DNA of 55,346 nt, filler included, from Sphacelaria rigidula (Eukaryota), in the NCBI GenBank assembly GCA_964200075.2. It is 6 parts of 6 records of this genome, joined end to end, with 100 filler letters (N's around TTAATTAATTAA, not from the genome) between each part and the next. Parts side by side here need not be neighbours in the genome. Positions count along the whole stretch, not along the records: positions 9,243 to 18,384 come from CAXNAA020009198.1; positions 18,485 to 27,625 come from CAXNAA020009199.1; 4 more parts are not named here. One strand, 5' to 3'. The notes beneath the pieces are model-generated. The model was not told where the DNA came from. It made no database searches and saw only the letters and a program-made list of their open reading frames with translations. Below are positions 10,959-23,577 of the stretch, one piece after another. A program made the translations under genes and the position numbers. How positions within the stretch are numbered: position 1 is the stretch's first letter; each line of letters opens with the position of its first letter.

Positions 10959-13900
10959 ATGGCGCAACCGCAGAAAATAATTCTCCCCTCGGCCCTGCCT
11001 TCTTACAAATCTTTAGGCCGTCAGCGTTTTCTTTCTTCAATTCCTTCAAACCCCTTTACTCTCACCTCCCCTGTAGACGAGGAAGTGAAATCCGACAGAG
11101 CTTCGGCCCTCCTCTCTGGCGACTACACGTCTCAAGACTTGGCTGCTACTGGTGACCACGACCGCCATTTGTCCAAGACTTCCAACATGATCGATGAGTC
11201 GCTCCGCGCTCGCTCTGTTGCGAAACGCACGCCGCCCAAGACTCCCGACATGATCGACGAGTCGCTACGCGCTCGCTTTGTCGCGGGCCGTTCACTGTCC
11301 AAGACTTCCAACATGATCGACGAGTCGCTACGCGCTCGCTCTGTTGTTCAACGTGCTCCGTCTCGGGGTTCCAACATGTCTGACGAGTCGCCACGCGTTG
11401 CCACTGTTGTGAAACGCAAACCGCTCCAGGCTTCTACCGCGGTTATTGACTCACCCCGCGCTCGCGGTGTTGATGAACGGCATCCGTCCATGCCTTCCGA
11501 CGTTTTTGGTACGTCGCGCAAGGGTTCTGATGCCTTACAGCGCCCGCGACGATACGACATGTATCGTGAGGGCACTTCTGTTCACCAGCCCTCGCGCCGA
11601 ACATCCTCCTCGCGTCTTGGCCGCTCCGAAGAGCCTTCCACAGGGCACTTGCCTTTAGTAACGGCTCTCGAGCACTTGCTTCGTTCATCACCGACTGTCA
11701 TTTCTGACAGTCCGGCGACAACTGCCCTTTCACAAGCTCTTGCGGCCGCGTTTCACACAGCCGTTCAACATTCAACGTCCTCGGATCATGTTCACTTTGA
11801 CATAATGTGAATCATCAGACCTCTGTACCAGCGGCTGCAGCCCATGATGACGAAGGTTCACCCTCCGATGTTCCCTTTGATTTGGATATGGATGGTGATG
11901 CCACTGTCCGCCATGGTGATCATACCACTCATGTTCATGATGTACGTGCATTGCTATCGGGATTATCATCAACCACGGGATCCTTACGACCTAAATCTGT
12001 CGATCGGATCCATGTGCCTTCACGATTGCCCATAGGTGCCTCGTTGATTGACATTCCCGCATCTTTGCGAAACGGGCGCAGCACGAACCGTGCCCTCCCA
12101 CCCTACCCTGATGCTGCCACTGTACGTGCGGTGGAACGACAAATTGCAGATCTTCGTCGATACCTGCGATCTGCTTCAACAATGGCTCACACCCAAGCAC
12201 CTTCCACCACCTCCCCTATCGCGGCCACTCCAGCTCCTGCGGCTGCAGACATCGACTCAGATGCGGAAAGCACCCCGTGTCACGCCCTCCGCCCCCAGCG
12301 CGGCGGCGACTACCGCTCCCGCCGCGGCGGCCGCAGATGACACCCCCATCACGGCTACTGATGAGGAATCGGCCACTTCGCCGCAGGCTTCTACTGCCAC
12401 GGGCTCGGCTCCGGCGCCGGCCCCCGGATCTATCACGGACGACCGCCCCCTGTTGGGCGTCGAGCATTGCCCGCCGGGCCTCCTGCCCTGGCTCTGGTTG
12501 CGAGGTCCCCGCTCCGATCAGGAGCAAATTCTTGAGGAAATTCCGCGCCATGCACCCAGCCACGCACCCTGGGCCACCCTCGCCCCGCCAAACGGCGGAC
12601 GACGCTGCCCACCGTCTCCTTCATGACGAACTCACGGTACGTCTAACGCGCCAACGCCAGGCAGTCGACCCGGCGACCAGCCGCCAGCGGGCGGCTCAAC
12701 AGACTTTGACTGAATACCTCGCAGCTTTCGCCAAGATGCGCGACACCATTCAGCATGATGAAGACCGCCTGCGCCAATACACCGCGGCCACGGCCACCGC
12801 CACCTCGGCCCTCCGATCCTTGGAACAGGAGCGACATCTTCCTCTTCTGAGGACAACGCCGACCACGACAGCGCCTGCGCCTACCCCTGCACATCAAGGC
12901 TCTGCGGAGAACCGTCGGCCCTCGCGCCCATACGCTGCTGCTACCGCTTCTACGGCCTCGCCTACGCGCACCCCGCCCGCACCACCGCAGGCCCCTCAGG
13001 CCTCGGCGCCCACTGCCCCCAGACCTTGGCTCCGCCTTCAGGGCAGCGAACGTTGTTGGCTTTCTTGGACGCTACGCCAATTTTCAGGGAAGTATAACCG
13101 CAACATTGTTCCCCGTGCCTCTGAGTAGGCTTGGCGCTCACTAAGTCTGCCCACAAATAGTGTGATCGTCCCCTCCCTTCAGCAAGGGGGACAGCTGCCG
13201 CACAACGACCCGGGAGCTCTCACCATTGAACGAATTGTCCTCTACCTTACAAATGATACCGGGGACAGTCGATCCACTCATGACACCGCCGTCTCCGCCC
13301 TCTTCGCTGCTATGCGGGCAGCCTACAACACGCTGCCGCCCGACGATGGTGGGGCCTGGATCACACCCAACCCCCCTCGCCATGGTCGTGATGATAACGA
13401 CTGTGACGACGACCCTTGCGGGGCCGCACCACGCCGTGGTCAACGGGCCCTCCGCAGCAACAACGGTCGACGCACAACCCGGGGCAGCCACAAACGGTCC
13501 GGTAATCTGTCCTCTAGTTCATCGACTGCCAGGCACCCCCACCACGCCTTAACGCAATCCGCGCGGCCCTCACCAGCCGTCAGGCAAGTAACGCCTTCTT
13601 TAGCAGCTGTGTCTGCTCGCCTTTTAGGTCTCACGGATAGTTATAGTGACGATTCGGCTCGCCCATTGTCTTCAAACTCGGCTCGGTCACTAGCTGCCGC
13701 TGATGAAGTCGCTTCCGATACTCGTAGAGAAGCGTCTCGTGTCGCTTCAATCAAGCGTGAGTACTTACAGATGGATGCAAAGAAACTCTGGCATATCAAA
13801 ACCATGCCTGCTGCAGACAATGAGGATTCTGGTCAGTTTACGTCCGCTCTCATTTCCTCAATGCGTCGAACGATGCGCAACATCCTTGAGTTGGCCGATG

Positions 13901-15123
13901 CAACTGGTCAACAACGTTTCGAAGATTCTGACTGGATTGATGGACGGCAAACACCGCCGCAAAAAGGCTTTGCACCGCTCAATCAGCCGTCGCTCCCCTG
14001 ACGCCGTTGCTTCTTTGACGCAGCTTCTCGACTCCTTCGCCGCAATGGATCAAGATTGTGCCAGCGGGCAAACAGCGCCGCTATTACTCGGCAATTTTGG
14101 AAAGGCGCATCATAAGTTATTTTGATAGGTCTGATCAGGCAGGCGCCATCAAGCGCCTCAGTTCCTTCGCCGTGGCAACAGACGTGCTCTTTGCTGACTA
14201 CCTACGCGAATTCAAGCTATTGGTGTCTAGTGTAACTGGTACTGGCCGACAGAATGGCCCCAGTGATGCTATGTGTCAGACGTATGTTCGCAATAGCATC
14301 GCTCAGCAGTTTCCGACGCTGATGCCGTCTCTATTTCCGGGCGCTTTGGCGCACAAAGAGGTGCCTTACGCCTCCGTAGACGCGATGTGAAATCGTTTGT
14401 AGATCAAGAACATAATCTAACGCCTGCCATTCGCGGCACAAAGTGTTCTTCTGGGTCTTCGCAGACCTTGCGTGCCGCATCCACGAGGACCTCCGGGTCT
14501 CGTGGACGCACTCAGACTTTGTCCAGTAACACTTGGACACCCAACTCTGCCGGTGGATCGGTCATGTCTGTTCGTAGCGAAAAAGACCCGTTCCGTGCCA
14601 GCTTCGACGCTTGGCCTTTTTCGGCAAACACTTTTGATAACGTTTATGTCGTTTCCACAACTACTGCTTTCATCACCGATGACCCACATTTGTGGACCCC
14701 TTTGCCTTCGCCTTCGACTCGCAAGGATGCTTTTCGTCGCCATGCTAACACATGCATCAACTGTAATGGTACTGGCCATAGTATGCGTGACTGCCCTGAA
14801 CCTTGCATCAATACAATTCGTTCATGAACCCTGAACTTCAAAGCAACAGGCAGGCGTGGCGCCGATGGCAAAAAGGCACGCGCGAGTATAGTCCACCTTC
14901 TCGCCACCATCGCCAGCCTTACCACAATCATAGCGACTCTAGCTCAAATCGCGACCGCCGCCACACCACCAACACCGTCTCAGGTAGTCGCCATAGAGAT
15001 AGTTCTTCCCGCCCTGCTCAATCTTCGCATGGTCATCACCAGCGAACGGGGCCGCCTCACGACAACTCCAACCCCAATGCAAGAAGCCCTGCTTCTTTCA
15101 TGACGGATCGCAACAATCCATGA
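10959..15123 (+). pseudogene. Long gypsy gag-like region (low-complexity N-terminus, capsid-like segment, zinc knuckle)
   Basis: Chain of ORFs 10914-11810, 11807-12340, 12277-13128, 13162-14001, 14058-14390 (DVLFADYLREFKLLVSSV), 14387-14827 (CCHC) and 14803-15123. Confidence 0.7.
11172..11486 (+). repeat. 63-bp coding tandem repeat (21-aa units), 5 copies with a divergence gradient
   Basis: SKTSNMIDESLRARSVAKRTP / PKTPDMIDESLRARFVAGRSL / SKTSNMIDESLRARSVVQRAP / SRGSNMSDESPRVATVVKRKP / LQASTAVIDSPRARGVDERHP. Confidence 0.9.
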
Positions 15124-15599
15124 CACGCCGACGACGGCGTGAAGTCTTCGGCGCCGCCGATAGCAACATCGAAGACTCATCCAACACACACTCGGGTGAC
15201 AAAACGTTCTCACCCAACACTATGTAGGAGATCTGATGACGGCCGTTCTTCTCGACCCCCGTCTTTATCTTCATACGCACAGCGTGACGGTTGTGTTGAC
15301 TGCACAACCCAGCTCTATACTTGGCTCCAGACTTGGTTCCCCCGGAACTAAGTGTAAATCTGAGGTGTTGGAAGACCGACCGCGGGCCCTTGAGGCACAG
15401 GCTTCCCTCAACGACCGCACGCACCGGTTGTAGCAGACTTCCTTCACCTGGTTCTGGTGTTGATGGTTCGAAATTGACCACTTCAAACCCTTTGACTCCT
15501 ACCCAGCCTGATCGTAGTCGTTTTTCGCGCCACTCTTCTGCTGCGAAACTACCCCGACATACAGCCGACAACACTCGTCTCCTTTCACATTTAGCAGTG

Positions 15600-18307
15600 C
15601 CCTGACCTCGTCGGTGGTGAAGTGTCCGTTGATCCTGCCACCTTCACTACCCGCGTCGCATTACACTGCGGACCTTACGCCACCCGCGCGCCAAGTGCAT
15701 CTCGCTATTAGACAGCGGTAGTCCACAGACATTCATCAAAGAATCCATGTGGAATGATGTGAAGCAGACTAGTGCTGCTTCCGATGTCTGCGAAATCACC
15801 ACCCAACCTCGCGTTTGGGGCGGTTTCGGCGACTCCAATTTACCCTTGACGACACGAAAATCTGTTCGTCTTAGTGTGCAATTTTTCCACCATGGTACAC
15901 GTTCAGCTAGTCTCGCAGTCTGGGCTTACATCGTCCCTGACAGCACCATGCATCACGCTCTCCGCCTTGGCAGAGATGGTTACATGCGGTTCGACCAACG
16001 CACATACCGCACCCCTCCACCATTATCGCCTAAATCGGCGCCTCGTGGAGGACTCCAACTAACTAGAACACTTTGGTACCCTCAATGGTGCCTTAGCCTA
16101 CAAAAAGAAAGAGCAGACTACCGGAGCGGCTTACTATATTCGGTACAATGGCAGTTCTGGCGTCACCCTTTCCGACGAGCCTCAACTCTTGGAAGAGTGA
16201 TGCTACGGTAGGGGTACAGAAATAATTTCTGGGATTAGAATTGTTAGGAGCCCCTTAACCAGACAAAATTTCGCGAAAAAAGTGCACCCCTACCGTAGCA
16301 TTGCTCGGAAGTTTTGCTTGTTCGCCGCAACGGTATGCCTTCCCTCATCGGCCACTACCTTGTGGAAATGCTGCCTAAAGTTGGCGCGCCCGCTGGCACT
16401 GAGCATTTTGTCTCGGACGGCGAACAACTCCTGCCTCTCACAGGCCACGCTAATCGGGAACCCGGCGATGTCTTGGGCATCGCCGCGGCTCCTCTTATGC
16501 ACATTCCTCTGGATACCTGTGTAGCCGATCCTCCGGCGCCTGATCCCACACAGGCCGACTGATGGGTTTTTACACTGCGTTGATGAGCCATACTTCGATA
16601 TATCCCCCTCACCCCCGACTCGGATTTCTGCGGTGGAATCCGACCGACTCCCTGCTGAACCTCCTGATGAAGTGCTTCAACGCTTATCGGTCGAGTCTTG
16701 GGAACATTTCCTGCAAATGTGGCACCAACTTCCACATCATTTGCGTCAATTCCATTTTGACCTACGTGGTCCGGGCTGGGAGCCCGCCGTCATCCAAGAG
16801 CTACAATATGTTCTCCTGGAATATCAGGACAGATTTTCACGATCCACAACGGATCTCGGGCATTGTAAAACATTGCCATTCGAGATCACCGTGCAACCTG
16901 GCGTTTCGCCCATCTCATCTCGACCATATCGAACGAATCCCCTCCTCACCAAAAAAGTCAAGGCTATTTTGGATGCATATTTAGGAGCTGGTCTGATTCA
17001 ACACTCGTCTTCGCCATGGGCCTCACCCCTCATGGTCGTCCCAAAAAAGATGGCAACATACGCATCACCGTGATCTACAAACGGCTGAACCGCATCACTG
17101 TCGTGGGAAAACTCCCCAGACCTCGCATCGACAAAGTCTTGGACTCCCTCGGCGAAGGAAAAATATTCAGCACCTTCGATGTGGCCTCTGGATTTTTCCA
17201 AAATGCAATTCACCCCGATACAGTTCCCTTGACGGCGTTCTGTACGTCTTCAGGGCTATATGAATGGCTTCGTATGCCACAAGGCGCTGCCACCGTACCT
17301 GGCTGCTTTCAACGCCTCATGCAACGCGTTACTGACGGTCTCGAGCGTGTTATCATGTATCTAGACGATGCTATCGCTTTTGATGCCTCCCCGAAGTCGC
17401 ATGTTCGCACTCTACGGGAATTTCTCTCCCGCTTGCGTACACACGACTTGAAATTGTCTTCATTCGAAGCTTGACTCGGAGCCACTGAATTGGATTTTTT
17501 GGAACACTCTATCTCTCCTGCTGGATTGCACCCAGACACGAACAAAGTCAAGGCTATGACTGATATGCCCATGCCCACCAATATTTCGCAGCTTCGCTCG
17601 CTGTCGGGCGGACTTTCATATTATCGCAATTTTTTGCCCAATTTGTCCAAGCGGATCCGACCCATCACAGATTTATTGAAGAAAAACGCCCCGTTTGTAT
17701 TCACTAAAGACATGGAAGCCACCGTCCGCGAACTGCTCGAAACACTGACCGAAAAACCGGTTCTTTGTTCTCCGGATTGGGATGCGGTACAAGACGGCTC
17801 ACGTATTTTCCAACAACACACCGATGCTAGCAAAGATGGGTTCGGCGCCGTTTTGAATCAGCCTCAACTGGATGGCTCTGTCCGACCTATTTTGTACATC
17901 AGCCGCGCAACCCTCCCAAACGAAGCAAACTGGAGTCCACTCGAACTCGAAGGCAGAGTCATAGCTTGGGCTATTAAACGACTTTGACAGTACTTGTTCC
18001 ACTTGCCTTTCCACATCTATACAGATCACGGAGCTCTTGAGCAACTCGCTAACGTTGGCGAACGTAAACCCCGCGTACAACGGTGGCTGGAGTTCTTGAT
18101 TGCCTACCAGTACACTGTTGAATACCGTCCGGGCAAAACCAACGGCAATGCTGACCTTCTTTCGCGATGGCCTCTACCTCCTACAGCGGTAGATGTTAGC
18201 CCCGCTTTCCGCTTGACTGAACCTGACGAACCAGGCTGCTACCCTATTCGGCGTTTTTCTACGCCCATCTACGCGCTCGACCTTCAATGCCCCGAAGCAG
18301 GTCTGCA
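15600..18307 (+). pseudogene. gypsy pol (PR-RT-RNaseH) pseudogene
   Basis: DSG protease; ORFs 16633-17073, 17016-17474 (YLDD), 17490-17987 and 17994 onward. Interrupted by MITEs at 16195 and 18308. Confidence 0.92.
16195..16306. mobile_element. 112-bp MITE with GAG..CTC termini and a 4-bp TSD (Sola-like), inserted in gypsy pol
   Basis: TIRs gagtgatgctacggtaggggt / acccctaccgtagcattgctc. TSD GGAA at 16191-16194 and 16307-16310. Removing it restores PQLLEVLLVRRNG. Confidence 0.9.
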
Positions 18308-18384
18308 GAGTCATCCTACGATAGGGGGGGGGGGATTTGGTTGCACGAAAAAAAGGGCTCATGAGTGTGTCAGACATCCTAGAT
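18308..18384. mobile_element. Left end of a Sola-like MITE, cut by the linker
   Basis: Begins gagtcatcctacgataggggggg, matching the GAG-N5-CTACG(A/G)TAGGGG TIR family. It interrupts the gypsy ORF. Confidence 0.6.
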
Positions 18385-18484
18385 NNNNNNNNNNNNNNNN
18401 NNNNNNNNNNNNNNNNNNNNNNNNNNNNTTAATTAATTAANNNNNNNNNNNNNNNNNNNNNNNNNNNNNNNNNNNNNNNNNNNN
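18385..18484. other. Artificial concatenation linker
   Basis: N44-TTAATTAATTAA-N44. Confidence 0.99.
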
Positions 18485-19124
18485 TCGGCATCAATTTCAA
18501 GTGAAAAAAAGTATGCATGATCCAGAAAGACTAATCTCGCGGTCCAAGGGTTAAAGGGGTAAACTTTTTCGCCGGCTAGTGGTGAGGATATTTGTGCATC
18601 CTTGTTCACGTGTCTACTAAATGTGATGGGTTGTCAAGCCAAAAATCGCCGCGGAATCGACCCTGCTCGCTAGGGATTTTCATCCCCCACCAATTTCACG
18701 ACTCTACGTTACCCACTTTGCTGTGGGGGACATTTTTTCTTCGACGATTTTGGTGCAAGCCGGGCATGAAACTTGGGACGCTTCTATCCATGAAGCGTAC
18801 AGAGTCATCCCAATGTGTATCGCCAATGCAAAAAGGTGATTGCCCCGAAACACACATCTGGGAAACTCCTTTTATCTGGTGGCATCCATATTCGATCGTC
18901 TTGACGTCCGGTCTTGGAGGTGTTGACGTGGATCTTCCGAAAGCGGAGGAAGATCCTTCTTCTCGAGATGTGAGCAAAAGCTGACAGACGAATGACGCGC
19001 GTATTTTTCTCCGTCACATACTTTCCTGAATCAAAACACCCATCGTGCACTGCGCCAACACAACGATTGGAACCCTACCAACGACGGCCAGCCTAGACGA
19101 TGTGATGGAGGCGAGGGCTTATAT

Positions 19125-19129
<5 letters not shown>

Positions 19130-19157
<28 letters not shown>
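19130..19157. repeat. (GATA)n microsatellite
   Basis: About 7 GATA units. Confidence 0.9.
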
Positions 19158-19923
19158 TACTGACAGAGAAATATTTTCAAAACGTTACAAATGGAAAGTT
19201 CCGACCTGGAGGATGCCGAGGTCGAGCGACATACCGGAATGATACTTCGTTCCAAGGAGGGATTGGGCAGCTTCTCGAATGACCTTTCTTTTCGTGTAAA
19301 TGGAGTCCATCGATAGTACATCAATGGCTAGCACCCAGTGGCGTATGCGCGGAACCGGACACATAAGACTTGTGGAGTCAATTGGCAATCCCGCTTTCAT
19401 CAGAAACTAGTTGAAAGTATTGTGGACTGTTGTAGTCGATACCAGACACATACTTGTATGGCAGTCAAGTTTCAGAGAGTAGCAGTTGTGTATTTTGCAT
19501 ATGGAGCAAAATATAAGTGCCCGGCCCGAAAAAAGCGCAGGCTAATTCTACAATACAAGAATGACGACGGCCGCCATAGGTCTGGTGGAGCTGTGTTGTA
19601 CGTGGGGTTTTTTTGTTTCTTTCACGATTTTTGTCATCGAAATACTATATCGCTGCTGTGCGTTTCTCAATCCATCGATAACTTGAAACCCGAAAAAAAC
19701 GAGCATGATCTTGCGTGAACAACCTAAAGCTACAGGTTAAACCTAGAAAACTTGAACGTCAACACCGTTCGCTCGCAAACTTTGTGTCTATTGCGTAGTA
19801 TGGAAATTGCTTCGCTGTGCACACGAAACAGGAGGAAATAAAGAGCATGTCGAAGTACACTGATTGTTTTCGCTGGCCTGCTCTTCGTCGCACGACCTCT
19901 CTCCTGCACCTCCGGCACACCGG

Positions 19924-20281
19924 CTATTGCCCTGTCCTTTGTCGCTTGACCTTCCCCTGGATAACCTTCGACATAGCGAGCTTGTTGAACGCCCTGGACT
20001 TCCACCCGACGTACTCTTCCGATGCCTGATACCCGGCATCAAACAGGCTCTTTTCCAAATTTGGCAGTTCACGAGTGAAGGTATGCACGTCTTCGTTCAG
20101 ACTGTTCAGGGAGCAATCTAACAGTCGCTTGAAACGCTCCCCACTGAACACCATCAGCAGCGTTTCTTGCAAGCGCTGATCGTCCGTCAAGGCGGCCAGG
20201 GCCACACCGACCTCGTAATAGAAGGGACTTCGATCGCGCAGGTTCACCGCCGCTGGTCCGGCGTCTAACTGCTCTCGAAAT
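19924..20281 (-). CDS. GINS3: GINS complex subunit 3 (Psf3), last exon
   Basis: Acceptor ctcag|A. Reads (R)FREQLDAGPAAVNLRDRSPFYYEVGVALAAL...RFKRLLDCSLNSLNEDVHTFTRELPNLEKSLFDAG...W..., stop TAG. This matches the Psf3 pattern (vnL...s.FY..G; F...L...E..LF..G). Confidence 0.85.
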
Positions 20282-20917
20282 CTGAGCCAGCCCGGGAAGG
20301 AGCGAATAGCCAACGTGCGGCAGTAAAGTGCAAAGTATTGCAGGGGAAATGGTGTGAAAAAAGCAAAGGGCAAGAATATCTCAACACATCCTCGACACTT
20401 TTTCAGCGATACCAGGCACTACATGGATACAGCTACCCATCTTTTGACTAGTGATACTTGGCAACACAGACAGGTTGAGGGTGCACGCTGTCACCATAAG
20501 CAAAAGACCTCTGCGAAAGATTGAAAAAATGATAACGGGCTCGGCAAAGGACACGGCAGCTAATTTTCAGGTGGAGTCATTTCAGGTCCAGTAGGGGTCA
20601 AGTAAAAGAGGGAGACGGAATCTATCATTTTCGGGAAGTGCTGTCGTAAACTTGCGCTACGAACAGCGAATCACTGCCGATAAACAGGCATACAAGTAGG
20701 GTAATTTTTCACTGAAAAAAAACATAGCGGGGACTGTTGCCACCCCTCACGGGCATTCATGCGTCGTTGCCAAATCAGGTGGTCGAATACTGTTTCGACT
20801 CTTCGAGGTCGGGGCTAGCACCTGTTACGTATGTGTATGATTATTCAAAAAGCTGACGTACGCTTTCTCCCGTCGACTGCACCTATCAAGATTGAATTCG
20901 TTACGGAGTCTTCATAC

Positions 20918-21000
20918 CTATGTGTGTAATGCTTGGGTAAGTCCAGGTCTACCATTCCCTTGCCAGCGAGTGGTCGGGCCATCCACAACGGGAACTCCAC
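20918..21000 (-). CDS. GINS3: GINS subunit 3 (Psf3), penultimate exon
   Basis: cctcag|GTG...CATAG|gtatga encodes VEFPLWMARPLAGKGMVDLDLPKHYTH, the GINS 'vElPlWla' motif. The phase-2 junction AG+A = Arg fits the last exon. I could not locate the 5' exon(s). Confidence 0.88.
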
Positions 21001-21352
21001 CTGAGGTTTTCGGACGTACAACGAGAGACAAAGGCCAGTTTATGCATAACGTACAACTATACAAAGTGCTGTTTAGCCAGGTGCAGAACACGAGCAAAAA
21101 CTGCTTGCCGAGCAACGGCTAGGGAACTGACTTTCGCACCGTGCGGTTTGAAAATGGCATTGGTACCAACACTGAAGAGTGCAAAGTCACGAAGATCGCG
21201 ATCAACAGCACAAACTCAAGTATCAATTATCGATTCGTGCACGTATTTTACCTTGCGGTAGGGAGGTGTGGTCCTTCGCCACAATTAGCTGGATACGAAA
21301 GTTGTGCATATCCTTGCAGGAACTAAATCGCTTCGCTGAGCGTGAGCTCGCG

Positions 21353-21600
21353 TTGTTGTTGTTTTTATTGTTGCTGCTGTTGCTGCTGTTGTTTGTCTTC
21401 GTCCCGTTCATCCTGGACACCTACTGTGCAACTTCCGGTGTATAGACACATCAGCCGGGGTCACACGAGAGGGTCACACAAGAATTGTTTTTGCACCTTC
21501 CTTCTACGGTGCTTGCCTCACGTATTGTCGCGAGAAGGGTTCGCCCGACCCTTTCCCTCGTCGATAATCGAATGTAGTGTTGATAGTATTCTACGGGAAT
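21353..21600 (-). mobile_element. 3' end of a non-LTR retroposon (SINE/LINE) with a (CAA/CAG)n tail
   Basis: A (TTG/CTG)n run at 21353-21394 abuts a ~200-bp body that is truncated by the element starting at ~21601. Confidence 0.5.
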
Positions 21601-21698
21601 AGTAGGTGAGGTACCGTACCGAGCGTACTCCCGGTATTTACCGGGGTATCCCATGCCGTGGTATGCTTGGGTATCGTAGGTATGAGTTTTGACAATAG

Positions 21699-23577
21699 CA
21701 GGGGTATACACGTTACACGTTTACATTTACGTTACGTTCATCACGTTTGTAAAATTGAACGTTCACATTACGTTTCGTTTGGGCACGTTAAAAAAAATCA
21801 CGTTACGTTACGGTTTCATTTGAATTTTAACGTTACGTTTACGTCACGCTCATCACGTAAAAATAAATCAACGTTACGTTTCGTTACATGTAACGTGATA
21901 TGAAATGTTTCATGGAATGTGTAACGTCCAATATAACGTTTCGTTGACGCGTGTACTTTAGAATGTAGCGTTTCATCCTGTGCCTGTCGCGGCTCAGTCA
22001 CCAGTGTTTAAGGTGTTGTAACGTGTCGTGTAACGCGTGACGTTACCGTGTACGTGACGCTGACGGTGGAAGGTCGTATACTTGAGCGTAGGCGCATTAC
22101 CTGATTGTGTAACGTTACTTTCTCTACAGTGTATCGTTCAGTCGGTTTTGACCATACTGTTTTCGTACCTCCTCTTTTTTTTTCATCTTTTTGATTTCAA
22201 TTTTCAATTTTCGAATGATTGGTCATTCGCACGACAGCATATACTGTACACACAACAGATCGTGAGCATGATTGAACGCCGGCTTGAGTCTTCCCGGCAT
22301 TTCGCAGACAAAACTGTATCGGGTACCCTTGGTTCTGTGTGTATATATGTATATATGGACAAATAAGGTAGTTTATCACGGCTGTCAAAGGCGGGCGTAC
22401 GTATGTATTCATGCATGTATGCTTGACAGGCTTCCACCGCGGTCTAGGCAACCAATGCATCTATCCAGCGGTAAAATTATACCCCCTCATGTGAGGAAAA
22501 TAAAAATCCACCCACACCTTTCATTGTGGCCGATCTTGCGTCTTTTTTTTTTCATTCGGGAGCCCACTTTTTCTAAATCTGAGACGGTTACGGGTGTTTG
22601 CAAAAAAATTAAAGCCTGCACGTGTACCGTAGTGCAGGCAGAAGTCATATCCTCGGCATCTGCGTACACTACCATGTACGTGCATCTGTAGGTAGCCTTG
22701 GACCTTACAGTCAAGACGGTGTAGAACTGAAGACAGTGCCGACATCACCGCTGCCGAATGCAAGCCTACCTCCCGTTCTCGCGAACAAATGATTGACTAC
22801 CTCGTACTACAATGTTGTGTGCGCAAAGTGGAGGGTATTTGTATACTTGTACTACTTTTGTCCGTTGTATTTGTACAGCACTGTTCAGCGACCACCTCGT
22901 ACTGTACTGTGCTTGCGGGTACAGCTGCGTTCGCGAGTAAAGCCTGTACTTGTAACCTTGCACTATTATGCTTGCAGAGTACAGGCTGTACTTGCGACCT
23001 TGCCCTACCCTGTAGTCGGAAATACAGCAGTATAAGGTTACAAGTACAGCATGCACTTGTACTGTGCTTGCAAAGTACCAAGTGCAGGTCGAGTAGAGTA
23101 TACTCCGTTGCGGGGTATTTTGAAAGACGTACTTGAGGTGCTCAAATTAGGGTAGTGTACTTGACCTGCCCTTGCAAAGTACGGCCTGTACTTGTAACCT
23201 CGTACTGTCAGCAAAATACACGACCTGTACTTGTACCGTTGTATAGTAGTTACTTAGTCTCCTAGGATTTCAAAATTCATTGCAAACTTGAAGTGTGCAC
23301 TGCTTTATAATACGTGTTTATGACATTATATGCATCGTTTCATATTACGTGGTTTGAACGTGAGGGCAATTTAACGTTCACGTTACGTTTCGTTTGGCGC
23401 GTTAAAAAAACTTGACGTTACGTTGACGTTTCATTCGAAAATATCACGTCACGTTCACGCTACGTTCATCACGTGAAAAAACACGTCACAAAAAATTACG
23501 CTCACGTTACGTTTCGGCCAAAACGTAACGTGAACGTAACGTGTAACGTTGTGACACATGTAACGTGTAGACCCCTG
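21699..23577. mobile_element. Non-autonomous hAT-like element with ACGT-rich subterminal arrays
   Basis: TIRs caggggtatacacgttaca / tgtaacgtgtagacccctg. The 8-bp TSD is gacaatag / gaaaatac (6/8). Dense cgtta/acgt arrays at 21710-22070 and 23340-23570. Confidence 0.8.
22790..23260. repeat. GTAC-rich degenerate array (tgtacttg units, both orientations)
   Basis: Repeated ctgtacttgtaacct with an inverted aaggttacaagtacag at ~23034. Confidence 0.7.

Larger units (their letters stand above)
9533..18307 (+). mobile_element. Ty3/gypsy LTR retrotransposon, defective; integrase and 3' LTR not in the fragment; 5' boundary approximate
   Basis: Order is gag with a CCHC knuckle (CINCNGTGHSMRDC), protease (SLLDSGSPQTFI, ~15700), RT (SSPWASP, RMPQG, YLDD), RNase H (HTDASKDGFGAVL, IYTDH, YRPGKTNGNADLLSR). 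A long pyrimidine-rich 5' region precedes the ATG at 10959. Confidence 0.9.

Noticed and set aside
18485..18555. piggyBac-like right end (..AGGG|TTAA); a similar one at ~39700
   Set aside because: No matching left TIR is visible, so it cannot be supported.
20282..20373. N-terminal part of ORF 19924..20373 as the Psf3 start
   Set aside because: It is intronic. A splice acceptor at 20282-20283 and a phase-matched upstream exon explain the protein better.
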